This document shows positions 8,827 through 19,100 of a stretch of 48,845 nt of DNA, in pieces. Made by a program: the position numbers and the translations under genes. The stretch's first letter is position 1; each line of letters opens with the position of its first letter. The DNA lies in contig CAYLRB010000001.1 in the NCBI GenBank assembly GCA_964386265.1, positions 1-48,845 of the forward strand. The letters run 5' to 3'. The notes beneath the pieces were generated by a model that saw only the letters and a list, made by a program, of their open reading frames with translations, was not told the origin of the DNA and searched no databases. The DNA comes from an uncultured Candidatus Peribacteria bacterium. Lineage in GTDB: Bacteria; Patescibacteriota; Gracilibacteria; UBA1369; UM-FILTER-41-14.

Positions 8827-10274
8827 TGTTGAGGAGGTGCGGTATTTATATTAGGCTGTATTGTTGATGTTTGTGGTTGTATTGGTTGTGCAATAGACGG
8901 TGATGATACCGGTGTAGCTGGCATAGCAGTTGGGATAACTGGTTGTGGCTGAGCAACTGGTTGAGGCTGAATGACGTTAGCGGTAAGCGGTTTTTTCTTT
9001 GTTTCGCCAGCTGATCTACGTGCAACTCTGTAAACTTCCGGTAGACTTGTCTCTCCCAATGCAACACTAATAATCCCGGCCTGTTCTAGTGTTACCATTC
9101 CTTGGGAAACGGCTAGTTGTTCTAGTTCAAGTGATGAAACATCGGACATAATCGCTTCTCGCAAAATATTGTTTACGTCGATTACCTCATAAAGCCCTAG
9201 CCGGCCAAAGTAACCCGAGTTATCGCATTTGTCACATCCTTGTGGCATGTAGACTGTAGTTAGTTGAGCAGGTAGATTTGGATAGTTAGCTTTTTCTGAA
9301 TCGGCAACGTTTGCATATGAAAGTAGAGCACTTTCAACCATGTCGGGTTTTTGTTTTGCAAGTTCTGCAATCGGGACAGGGACTCGACAGTGTGGGCAAA
9401 GTTTGCGAACCAAGCGTTGCGCAATAATATTGTTAAGCGTTGACGCCATTAGGTAGGTCGGAACTCCCATGTTCTTAATCCTTGTCAAAGTTTCAATGGC
9501 GCTGTTTGTATGGATAGTTGATAACACAAGGTGGCCAGTTAGTGCTGACTCAATAGCAACATCAACGGTTTCGCGATCCCTGATCTCCCCCACCATCATA
9601 ATGTCCGGATCTTGACGTAATGCTGAGCGTAAACCCGTCGCAAAACTGTAATCAATATCATGATGAACTTGTGATTGATTTAAGCCCGGCATCTGAATTT
9701 CAACAGGATCTTCGATCGTTAGTATGTTTACATCACTTTTATTTAAGATATTTAAACAGGCATACAATGTTGTAGTTTTACCAGAACCAGTCGGTCCAGA
9801 AGTTAGAATGATACCATTTGGATCTTCAAGTCCTGATAGTAGATATTTTAGACTGTTACCACGAATACCTAACTGCTCTAATGTAGGTATTTCTCTGGAT
9901 TTATCTTGGATACGCATAACCACTTTTTCGCCAGTTACAGTTGGAAAAGTTGAAATACGTAGATCCATTTCGCGACCATCTTTTGTTGTTACTTGGCTGC
10001 GACCATCCTGTGGAATCCGTTGTTCATCGATTTTAAGGTTCGACATGATCTTAATGCGTGATACAACAGCTGGATGCATATTTGGAGGGTACTCAACTAT
10101 AATTCGTAACACACCGTCAATACGGTAGCGTACCCGAATCGTTGTTTCTCCCGGTTCAATATGGATATCAGAAGAACGTAAATCTAGGGCATAACTGATC
10201 ATTTGCAGTACCATTTGTGGTACTTGTCCGCCTAGAATCGCTGATTTTAATAAGGTGAGTTTTTCCGCTTCCAT
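8823..10274 (-). CDS. pilB: Type IV pilus assembly ATPase PilB/GspE family, lacking the N1 domain, with a Pro/Gln-rich tail
   Basis: Walker A GPTGSGKTTT, Walker B/Asp box DPDIMMVGEIRD and His box GHLVLSTIHTN. The tetracysteine motif CPHC...CDKC is typical of PilB/GspE rather than PilT. The C-terminal ~60 aa are P/Q-rich (QPQPVAQPQPVIPT...). Confidence 0.9.
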   Translation of the reverse strand: MEAEKLTLLKSAILGGQVPQMVLQMISYALDLRSSDIHIEPGETTIRVRYRIDGVLRIIVEYPPNMHPAVVSRIKIMSNLKIDEQRIPQDGRSQVTTKDGREMDLRISTFPTVTGEKVVMRIQDKSREIPTLEQLGIRGNSLKYLLSGLEDPNGIILTSGPTGSGKTTTLYACLNILNKSDVNILTIEDPVEIQMPGLNQSQVHHDIDYSFATGLRSALRQDPDIMMVGEIRDRETVDVAIESALTGHLVLSTIHTNSAIETLTRIKNMGVPTYLMASTLNNIIAQRLVRKLCPHCRVPVPIAELAKQKPDMVESALLSYANVADSEKANYPNLPAQLTTVYMPQGCDKCDNSGYFGRLGLYEVIDVNNILREAIMSDVSSLELEQLAVSQGMVTLEQAGIISVALGETSLPEVYRVARRSAGETKKKPLTANVIQPQPVAQPQPVIPTAMPATPVSSPSIAQPIQPQTSTIQPNINTAPPQQ

Positions 10275-10288
10275 GTGATAGTTTAAGA

Positions 10289-10909
10289 TTATTCTTTAGG
10301 TGACCTAAAATATGTATTCAAAACAACTGTATAGTTTAGCACATTTTGGCTGTCTTGGCTAATTCCTTGTAGATTTAGTGAAATAGATTCAACATTCATA
10401 AATTGTAGTTCACTACCAGGTAGGCCTGAAGTTTCAATCAAATTCAAAAACTGGCTAAAGTTTTCAAAGCTACTTTCTAAAGTTAAAGTAATTGGTAGGA
10501 CAAAAACTCCCAGTTCATCGATTGCTTCGGTTGAGCCAAAAGATAAGCTGGTGTTTCGGATTGGGCTATCTGTAGTACTTAAGTCGGCAAAGATTTGGTC
10601 AAATTGACGAGTTAACTTTGTGATATTTTCTTCAGCTGGTAAAAAATCACTGATTTCATACAAAGGCTTAGGTTCACCCAGTTTGGCCAGTTCGTCATCT
10701 AGTTCTTTACTGGCATTAGCATAGCCTCTGTAACTTTGAACAATCTCGCTAACAGTAGTTTGTGTAGTTTGAAAATTGCCAACTAGCCACCAACTAAGGC
10801 CAATACTTAAAATTATTGTGAAAAGCGAAGCAATAACGTACAACTGTGTACGTAGTTTTTGCTGTTTTAGTTTGTTGGTAATTTCATCAACTGCCACAAT
10901 GGAAGTCAT
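10289..10909 (-). CDS. Bitopic membrane protein, PilO/GspM-like topology (putative pilus alignment component)
   Basis: Single N-terminal TM (LYVIASLFTIILSIGLSWWLV), a coiled segment, then a ferredoxin-like-looking C-terminus (ITLTLESSFENFSQFLNLIE). It lies in the operon immediately upstream of pilB. Assignment rests on context and topology only. Confidence 0.4.
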   Translation of the reverse strand: MTSIVAVDEITNKLKQQKLRTQLYVIASLFTIILSIGLSWWLVGNFQTTQTTVSEIVQSYRGYANASKELDDELAKLGEPKPLYEISDFLPAEENITKLTRQFDQIFADLSTTDSPIRNTSLSFGSTEAIDELGVFVLPITLTLESSFENFSQFLNLIETSGLPGSELQFMNVESISLNLQGISQDSQNVLNYTVVLNTYFRSPKE

Positions 10910-10910
10910 A

Positions 10911-12152
10911 TTAATTGTTTGTTACGCTAATACTAGATGGGAGTTCCGGCTTGAGATTTGTTAGTTCAAAATCTAGTTTTACAGTTGCTTCATAGTGTTC
11001 TTGAGGGTTGTCCCCTTCTCTTAGTTGGTTTTTGTTAAACGATCTTGTTTTTACATTTTGGAAGGGCTTTATACCTGCGGGGTTTTTGTAGTCAATTAGT
11101 GTATCAATTAGATCGGCAATTTTAGTGAAAGTTCGGCTATCTTCGGTTTTTATTTGTCCTGTAACAGTAAGCTGTTTGGTACGGCTGTTAAAGTTGTATG
11201 CAGAGTAGGTGATAAATTGGTCACTGTTTCCAAAATTTGGGTCAATTTGTTTGGTTACATCTTCAATACCCTGGATAACTTCAGACCATAGTAGTCTCTC
11301 GCTTTGTAGTTGAATAATTGTACTTTCTGGTAGTCTGGATTGGGCTAAAAACTCTGATATCCAAGCGGAAAATGCCGCATTATCTAGTTTTTCAATTTGA
11401 ACTAAACGATTTGCACTCGTAAAAGTGTCAAATAGGAAGCCATTACGTATCATTAGCTCCGCATTACTCTTTTTTAGGTTATCTGGTAACTGCTCTATTA
11501 AGTTTGCTCTGTCGGTTTTTGCATTATCAGATCCGGCAAAGGACAATTTCGACATTAAGCTTTGTAGTTGTGTAAACAGCTGCTGAATTTCAGCGCGGAC
11601 ATTTTTTAATTCGCGCTCTGTGTTGGCTTGTTCAATTGCATTTAATTCGCCATTTTGAGTTGCTTGTAAAAGGCTTAAGAACTCTAGTCCTTTCCAGTTT
11701 AGGCTTGCAAAAATGTATTCAGTTAATTGATAAATACGTATGTTATATGCAGCCTCTAGCTTTGTTTTATTATCAATTGCTGTTTTGATTGTTAGGCTAC
11801 CTTTAAAGCCTGTGTCAGACTCGCGAATATATGTGGCATAGTAAAAGTAGCTTAGCATGAGCACGCTAAGTATTAGCGCGGTTAAAAAGAAAAATTTCGC
11901 CAGCTTAGTGATGCGTTTAGTCTCCTTTAGACGGCTTTCTAGCTGTACAAGTTCGGCTTGTTGCAAAATATCAGTTTCAAGGATCGCTTGGTCTTTGTTT
12001 TGCATTGCGTTATTAAGCTCGTATGCTTGCGATTGTTGTTCATCACGCGCAGCTTGTGCATTACCCATGGCAGCAATAATAATGCCTGATTCCTCGCTTG
12101 AGGATTGTCCTTGGTTTTCGTCTTGATTCAAAGGCGGAAGGCTAAGTGACAT
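10911..12152 (-). CDS. Bitopic membrane protein of the pilus operon (PilN/PilO-like topology, no PilM actin-like domain visible)
   Basis: Q-rich cytoplasmic N-terminus of ~85 aa, one TM (FFFLTALILSVLMLSYFYYA), and a ~300-aa external domain with coiled-coil stretches. Its stop is 1 nt from the next gene's start. Confidence 0.4.
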   Translation of the reverse strand: MSLSLPPLNQDENQGQSSSEESGIIIAAMGNAQAARDEQQSQAYELNNAMQNKDQAILETDILQQAELVQLESRLKETKRITKLAKFFFLTALILSVLMLSYFYYATYIRESDTGFKGSLTIKTAIDNKTKLEAAYNIRIYQLTEYIFASLNWKGLEFLSLLQATQNGELNAIEQANTERELKNVRAEIQQLFTQLQSLMSKLSFAGSDNAKTDRANLIEQLPDNLKKSNAELMIRNGFLFDTFTSANRLVQIEKLDNAAFSAWISEFLAQSRLPESTIIQLQSERLLWSEVIQGIEDVTKQIDPNFGNSDQFITYSAYNFNSRTKQLTVTGQIKTEDSRTFTKIADLIDTLIDYKNPAGIKPFQNVKTRSFNKNQLREGDNPQEHYEATVKLDFELTNLKPELPSSISVTNN

Positions 12153-12341
12153 TAGTAGGTCTAAAAATATCTAGTTATTATATCATAAATTCGGCTTAAT
12201 TAAAACCCCTTTAATCCGGTAGTTACAATTCGTACCACGTTTTTGTCAAACGTTTTTTTTGGCTTTTACTATCACTAAATCAGCTTTTAGGTCTAAAGTT
12301 CAATTATCAGTTATTTATATTATGAGTTAATCCCCCTTTAT

Positions 12342-12833
12342 ATGCGCATACGGTCAGCATTTACATTAGTTGAATTATTAATTGTGGTTACAATTATCGC
12401 AATATTAACTGTTGCACTGGCAAAACCAATTAGTAGCTTGCCAAAGCGAACAAGAGATGAAGCGCGTAAAGTTTTAATTACAGATGTTGAAACGGGAATC
12501 GCAGCGTTCAATTTAGATAAATTCTCATACCCTGACGGTAACAACGGTAATTTCTGTATTATTAATACCGATGGTTCTGTCAATTCAGGTGGTATTGTTG
12601 ATGGAACATACACTGTCGGTCAGTTTATGGAAGATTATTTAGGTGGTAAGGATTTGAGTTTGGCTAAAACAGATTCAAACGTTGCTTGTCATTTACAGTA
12701 CACAAAATCTGACGATGACATTTTTATTGGTGTTTCTGTAGAACTACCAGAGCGAAGTGGAAACAGTAAAGTTATAGATGATATTAATCTGGCCGATCCA
12801 GAAACAAATATGTTCTTCGTTAAGAAGATTTAG
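12342..12833 (+). CDS. Type IV (pre)pilin with N-terminal cleavage/methylation domain
   Basis: Class III signal peptide MRIRSA|FTLVELLIVVTIIAILTV, with Glu at +5 and a hydrophobic alpha1 helix. The -1 residue is Ala rather than the usual Gly. Divergent from the pilB/pilC operon. Confidence 0.85.
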   Translation: MRIRSAFTLVELLIVVTIIAILTVALAKPISSLPKRTRDEARKVLITDVETGIAAFNLDKFSYPDGNNGNFCIINTDGSVNSGGIVDGTYTVGQFMEDYLGGKDLSLAKTDSNVACHLQYTKSDDDIFIGVSVELPERSGNSKVIDDINLADPETNMFFVKKI

Positions 12834-12853
12834 TAGGCCAGGCATCTTTGATT

Positions 12854-12976
12854 AAGAGTGTTCAAAAGGTAGTAGATAGTAGGCAAAAAGCAGAAAGTAA
12901 AGCGAGGCGTACTATAGCGTACGGTGAGCTGCTTTTTGCTTTTTAACAACCTAGATGCTACTTTTTCAACACTCTT
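12854..12976 (+). terminator. Long imperfect hairpin with perfect inner 11-bp stem plus T-run
   Basis: The inner stem gcaaaaagcag (12883-12893) / ctgctttttgc (12929-12939) is followed by ttttt. A nested cgtac/gtacg hairpin sits in the loop. The outer arms (12854-12883 and 12950-12976) pair over ~22 bp with few mismatches. Confidence 0.45.
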
Positions 12977-12984
12977 TGATTAGT

Positions 12985-13025
12985 CGACTAGTCGATTCCG
13001 GTTACGCGGACGACTAGTCGTTTTT
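12985..13025 (+). terminator. Rho-independent terminator
   Basis: Perfect 10-bp stem cgactagtcg (12985-12994) / cgactagtcg (13011-13020) with a 16-nt loop, followed by ttttt (13021-13025). Confidence 0.6.
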
Positions 13026-13068
13026 CGCATAGGTTAGGGCTAAAATGCTGTTCGCGGGACTTCGGAGT

Positions 13069-13077
13069 TGCTATAAT
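13069..13077 (+). promoter_or_regulatory. Extended -10 promoter element (TGcTATAAT) for the giant-gene operon
   Basis: tgctataat at 13069-13077, 30 nt upstream of the ATG at 13107 and downstream of both terminator hairpins. No good -35 element. Confidence 0.45.
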
Positions 13078-13106
13078 TAGCAGAGCAGTTTTATTCGTTT
13101 TAAGAT

Positions 13107-16100
13107 ATGAATTTGTCGCCAATTATATTACGTAGATTGAAGAGATTTGGCGGTCTGTTTTTGCCTTTTTTAAGCCTGGTTTTGCTTGGGTATTTGCTCT
13201 TCGGTGGTCAGTTGGTTGGGCGCGCGCAATTAGATGACGATGTTGTTAAACAAACTGTAGTTATTCTAGTACAAGAATCATTACTTGAGTCAGACGAGAG
13301 ATTCGGTGGTTTGGCAAGCGAATATTCCGCTTTGAGAAATGTAAATTTGGCTAATCGAATAGATAGGTATGCCAAAGACATTCAAGCTACTTTGCCGCAG
13401 ACAGAAACAGTAATATTGCCGATACCTCAAACGGCAAGTGCATTAAATATTCATCAATTACTACAGAGACTAACATTGTTTAGTTCTGATCAGTTAGTTG
13501 CACCGCCGGTTGGTGTCGTTTTGGTTGGAGATTTGCCGTTGCCAACGGTTGAAAACAATGGGGTTAATCAGGTTAGTGTATATCCGTATACGGATTTTCT
13601 TGATACAAGATATGTTTGGGATGCGCTATCAGAAAGTTTTGTATTACGGCAAGAAACAAGCAAGCCCGAACTTTGGCATGGTCTAATTAAGTTTGAGCAA
13701 GAGGTGGATTATGCAATTTACTTCGACAAAAACCACTTAACAAAAATTGGACACGAAGATTTTACCGCTAAAAGACGCATATTTTTCAGCGATTTGCCGG
13801 ATGAGCAGGTTAGTTTAAATGAAGATTTGTTACCTGCTTATGCCAATTTTATTAGCGTTAGCAAACAAAGATCGTACCAGCACTACACAAGCGATTTGTT
13901 GCGCATACTTGCCAATAGGTTTAACAGTGGCTTTAACGATGTAGATTTGACTCGGTTAAGTGAAGAAATTGCTGATGTTGCCAGCGGTTCAGGTGATTTG
14001 GCAGACACATATGTAAAGCAGCAGATAGAGAGTTTTAGTCGACCTTTTATCACTTTATTCTCAGGTTATTACAGTCGTATTTTGCCAATAATCGAGCAAA
14101 CAGGGAGGTATCGCAATGAGCGTAATGAAATAACAACAGTTCCGCAGCAGGTGTCTTATGTAGATGAGCGGCAAGAACAGTTATTTAAAGCTGTTAATTC
14201 AAGAGTGGAAAAGTTGGTTGATGATATTGTTGAAGAGGTAGCACAACCCGCGCGGCTATTTGCTGCTATAGAGCTAACTGGTACTGCAAAATTGAAAAAT
14301 GGGCAAACTATCAACTTGAGTCGGCAACTTTTCTTTAATCATAGAAGTCGTACCGCTGTAACCGTTTCGGAGTTGGTGTCACATGCTAAAGCTCCTGGTG
14401 GCGTTGCAGGTACAGTTACAAAATTTAATAGAGGCTTAGCTTCAATCATTGTGGCGGTACAAGAGCTCGATCCAGTATTTGGTACAAACGGAACTCTTTT
14501 GGCTACATCTGTAAGTTTAACAGAAAATAGTTTAAGCCAAGCATTAGCACAGAGTAGTTTGTATATTAACTCACAGCCAGTAACTAAGATTTCTACAGCA
14601 GAGCAATGTCGTTTTCAACGTGGACAAAAAGCAGATCAGCAGGTGGTGACAAGCCGAAATTTTTCAATCAATCAATCCAGTGAGCCAGCTCAATGTTATT
14701 TGCCCTGGGCAAGTGGGGAAGAGAATCGTTGGCTTAAAGATAAGTTTAAATGTGATCAATTCAATGGGATTGAGCTATTAGATGAGCACCGTTTAACAAA
14801 AGTTGTAAATGGCGATGATGCTTTAACAACGCACGAATCTTGCTATGCTTTCCGTAGTCCAACAACCTACTTTAGGACAGAGTTGGGGGAAGTGCCATTT
14901 GATCAAGTTGATAACCCGGCAAATATTGTTTTGAGTGATTCGCTTAACCTAGATTTGGCTACAGCACTGAAGGCAATCAATAGTGATCTGGATCTAAATA
15001 GTCAATCTGCTTGGAGTGCCGCCTTAGCAAATTTACCAAATGATAAAATTACTTTAACTGGTGAAGATCTGGGGCTCACAGATGTTGCAGAGTTAACACT
15101 TAAAACAAATATTATCGGAGAAAGTAAAACTGTAAGTAGTGTGATTGACCATAAAGATCCAATTCCAGAGGTTTTAAATCGTCAATTCACAGAAGGAATA
15201 TCTCGCAATCTTCCTATTGATGGCAAAAGGTACATAAGCTTTGTTAATAGAAGAGGGCAAGCCGAATATCTTTTTTATCCAGACCTTTTTGCCGCTGGGA
15301 GTTTTAGTAATTATCTTGAAGAATTAAAAAAGGTTGAAACAAGACTTTCGCAATTAAGCCGGCAAAACTATCGAGGTTATTTAACAAAGGTTGTCAATGA
15401 AGAGCTAACAGATTGGGATGAAGATTTTGAAAATGTAACAACAGTCAATGAAAATGAGTTGAGAAATTTCCTAAACTGGCAAGTAAGCGATTTGCAAACA
15501 AAGTATCAGTTGGCTTTTCAGCTTGGTTTGCAAGGTTTGAACAGTTGGGGACAGTTAAATGAGGCTGGTACATATGAAGTTGCGGTTTTAAATTTGCCAT
15601 TTAATGACAGTGAAACACCGGACACGCTTGCGTTTGATCTTCCTAAGATCGTTGCCGATAGTAATCTGGGATCTTTGGAAAATTTAACCACGGCAAACAA
15701 CGATTTAACCGAAAGCGATGAAGAAGACGAAGCTGACCTTGGTGAGGCGCGAACTTTTACTGCCTCTGAACTTGAGGCAACTGCAAATTGCAATCAATAC
15801 TACACAGCTCGCGGAATGGTGAGATTTTTGGACTATGCGTCTTATTTGGATTGTTGGTTTACCAATGAGGTACAAACAAGTATTAATCAGCTAGTTGACC
15901 TCCCTAGCCTTAAATTGCCAGAGGTAGCTAATCCTTTGCCTCCTCAAAACCAAGTAGTTAGTAGCTTAGAAATTAACGCTTTGGATCAGTTTGTTAATAG
16001 TAGTAATAAGCAAAAAGTTACTGTTAAAGTGTTGAATTCGGCAGGGCAAGTTGTTAGTGGGCAAGTAATTAACATTAACCTTAAAGTTAGCGGTGCGGCT

Positions 16101-19100
16101 AAAATAGCCGGGTCGTCATTGCAAACGACTACAAGCGGTCAATCAGAGTTTGAAATCGAGCTAACGAAAAATAAAGGTGTAGTAAAACTAGAGGCAAGCT
16201 TATTAGATTTAACAGTCCGCAAAAATATACAAGTTGTTGAACCTTATAATGTAAGTTTAACTGGAGCTAATTTTAGAGCAGGTAGTGAAAATGCCCAGCT
16301 GGAAATTAAAGTTACAAATCCATCTGTGGATCAAACTTTACTTAAAGAGATAAAAATAGATAGTGAAGGTATCCCAAGTTTGAACGGTACATTTGCGCTA
16401 GAAAATGGCATGCTGTTGATTAATCCAGCTTTGCCAACCAAAAGTGGACGTTATCCGCTTAAAATCAATTTGGCTGGCAATACAGTTCAGAGGTCTGTTT
16501 TAGTAAAACCGGCGGAATTGGCTAAAGTGGAAACTGCCTCTAAAACTGTTTCTAAATTTGACAGAAAAGTTGTTGTCAATTTTTTTGACAGGTTTGGTAA
16601 CAAAGTTGATGACCGCTTAATTAGAGGTTCTTTGGCAAATAATAACCAAAGTATAACTTTCTCACAGACAAACTTTAGAACAGAAAATGGTAGCATTGAA
16701 TTACCATTTAGTTCCAGTCAAAGTGGAGTGTATCAGCTTACATTAGACATAGAAGGGTTCGCCGAGCCGTATTTATTGAACTTGATTGTGACTGAACAGC
16801 TAAGCTTTGAACAGTTAAAAGGATTAAGTCCAGCCGCACAGCATTTACAGTTACATTCAAATCTAAATAATGAGGCAGCTGGTGAGTGGGTGTCGCAGTG
16901 GCTTTTAAATGGTAAAGCACAAACAATCGCTGTAACCCCGCAAACAGAAACTTATCAGCAGTTATATAATATTGCAGGAAGCAACACAGTTGGTGAAGCC
17001 TACAGTGCAAATCAAGATGATAGTTTGATTGTTTGGGGAGATCCAACATTTAAATTGCCAGCAAATACAACTAGTAATGTAAGAGGTTTTTCCGCCGATC
17101 TCGGTGAAGTTATTGCGGATTTGCCCGCTCCAATAGCGCATATTGCAACTAATGATGATACATTAGCTCTCGCTACAACCGAAGGCGAAATATATCTTCT
17201 TCAAGATGATAGCTTGGAACTGCTTACTTCAATTCCATTAGGAGTTAGAAAACTAGTTTGGTGGAAGCCTGAGCGTAGGGCTAGTAACGCAGTTTTATTG
17301 GTTGTGACAGAAGATGTTTGTTCCGAGCTTGAAGGATGCTTATTTGCAATTTACTTTGATGATAATGGACGATTGCGGCAAGAATCTGTGCCAATAAAAA
17401 CCAATGGTAAAATTACGAATCTGTTAGTAGATGATTTGTCTGACGATCGCGAAGATGATCTTCTAGTAGTGAATGAGGCACAAAATTTATTACTATTTCT
17501 CAATTCAGAAGGCGTTAATGACACGTTTCAAAATTGGGTAAATTACGAACCGGTTAGAATTGCCTCTTTAGCTGCAGAAGCTAATCCTGAGCGTAATTTG
17601 AGTAAATATTTTTTATGGCATCAGCCTGGGTATACTCCTTCGGAATCCGAACAAATAGTTGAAAATACAAGCAACTATAACAAAGTCATAAATGGAAAAA
17701 TTTATCGTACATTAAATCAGGTTAATCAATTAAAAACCTCTACTGTAAGTGTTCGTGATGTAAATGGTCAAAGAATTGAGGCCGGCGAGCTTTTGGAATA
17801 TAATATTTTACTCACAAACGTTGGGCAGCAACCAGTAAATGGGTCTCTTGCTCTACCAGTAGCTGGAGAATACCGAGTCCAGTTAGACAGCGTATCTTGC
17901 CCTAACTGTAGTATCCAAAATGAACAAAGTGACCAATATCCTTACCGCATTGATGGTATTTCGGTACAATCTGGTCAAACCTTGAACATTACATTTAGAG
18001 CTAAATTAGAAAGATTACCAGATCAGACTAGTCATCTTTCAATAGTAACCGATGCTGATGGTTATCCAGCTGATGGGAAGGCAGATATTAGAGTGGTCAA
18101 TCGAGGAAGCGGCATCATAACATATCTTTATTCAACCCAAAATGATCGGGGACAAATAGTTTACCGAAGACAGGAAGTGGCTCAATCTACAGCAACAGCA
18201 ACCGGGCAAGCAGCCGATTTGTTGCAGACAAACCGTACAGCGCAACAGGCACTCCAAAATGGAAATATAGATTCGTTAAGGGCTCAGGCTGAAGCAGATT
18301 ACCAAAGCACGCTTAGGGCAGATAAAGATGGTAACGATATTTTAGATTCTTTAGAAAGTACAACGGGCAAAGCGCATAAAATTGCTGACAAAGTAAACAG
18401 TTTAATTGAAGATATTTTCTGTAGCGGTGGCTGTATAGCAACACCGGTAAATCATGCGTTTTTGGTGGATGGGTGGGGAATACCCGGAAGTGGTCCAGCT
18501 GTTCCTGTTATAGCAATTAGTAAGTTGCCACCATTTTTCCAACCAGGTATAGCTGCTGGATCTGTCTTTAGGCAATACCTTTCCCCAACATTAACAGGTG
18601 AGTTGGGATTGGCTACCTGTTATGGCCTATATCCTTTTGGTAGTTGTCACGCATTCAGAGTGGGATTGTTAGAACATTTTGGAGATATTTGTGCTGACAT
18701 AAATAATTCAATTATATCCGCCTTTAATGTCGCTCAGGACGTTGTCTACAATGCTATTAGTGGAGAAGTTGGTGACGGCCAGTTTGGTATCGTGGTTGGT
18801 GCTGAGGGAAGTGTTGGTAATACGCAAACTCCTACAGGAATTAGTACAAGTGTGAACGTTGATGTACCCGGTTTCCCAGAAATTTTAACAAATTGGCTCG
18901 AAGCTCAGCGTAGAGAAATAACCAAGCTAACAGATTTACCAGATTTAACGGTAATATACCCAGATTTTTCCGGCTACTTTGATAGCCTAAGGCAAGAAGC
19001 AGATGATTTGCCATCACAAGCAGAAAGCCAAGATAACAATGAGATTCCGGAAAATGAAACAGTTGGTGAACAAGTAGAAAGGTATTCAAAAAACTATCAA

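Noticed and set aside
9724-10128. 134-aa plus-strand ORF (also 8846-9067 minus, in a different frame).
   Set aside because: It lies inside pilB, either antisense or in an alternate frame, and pilB is fully supported by its ATPase motifs.
12338-12613. 91-aa minus-strand ORF.
   Set aside because: It is antisense to the prepilin gene, whose class III signal peptide and alpha1 helix are unambiguous.
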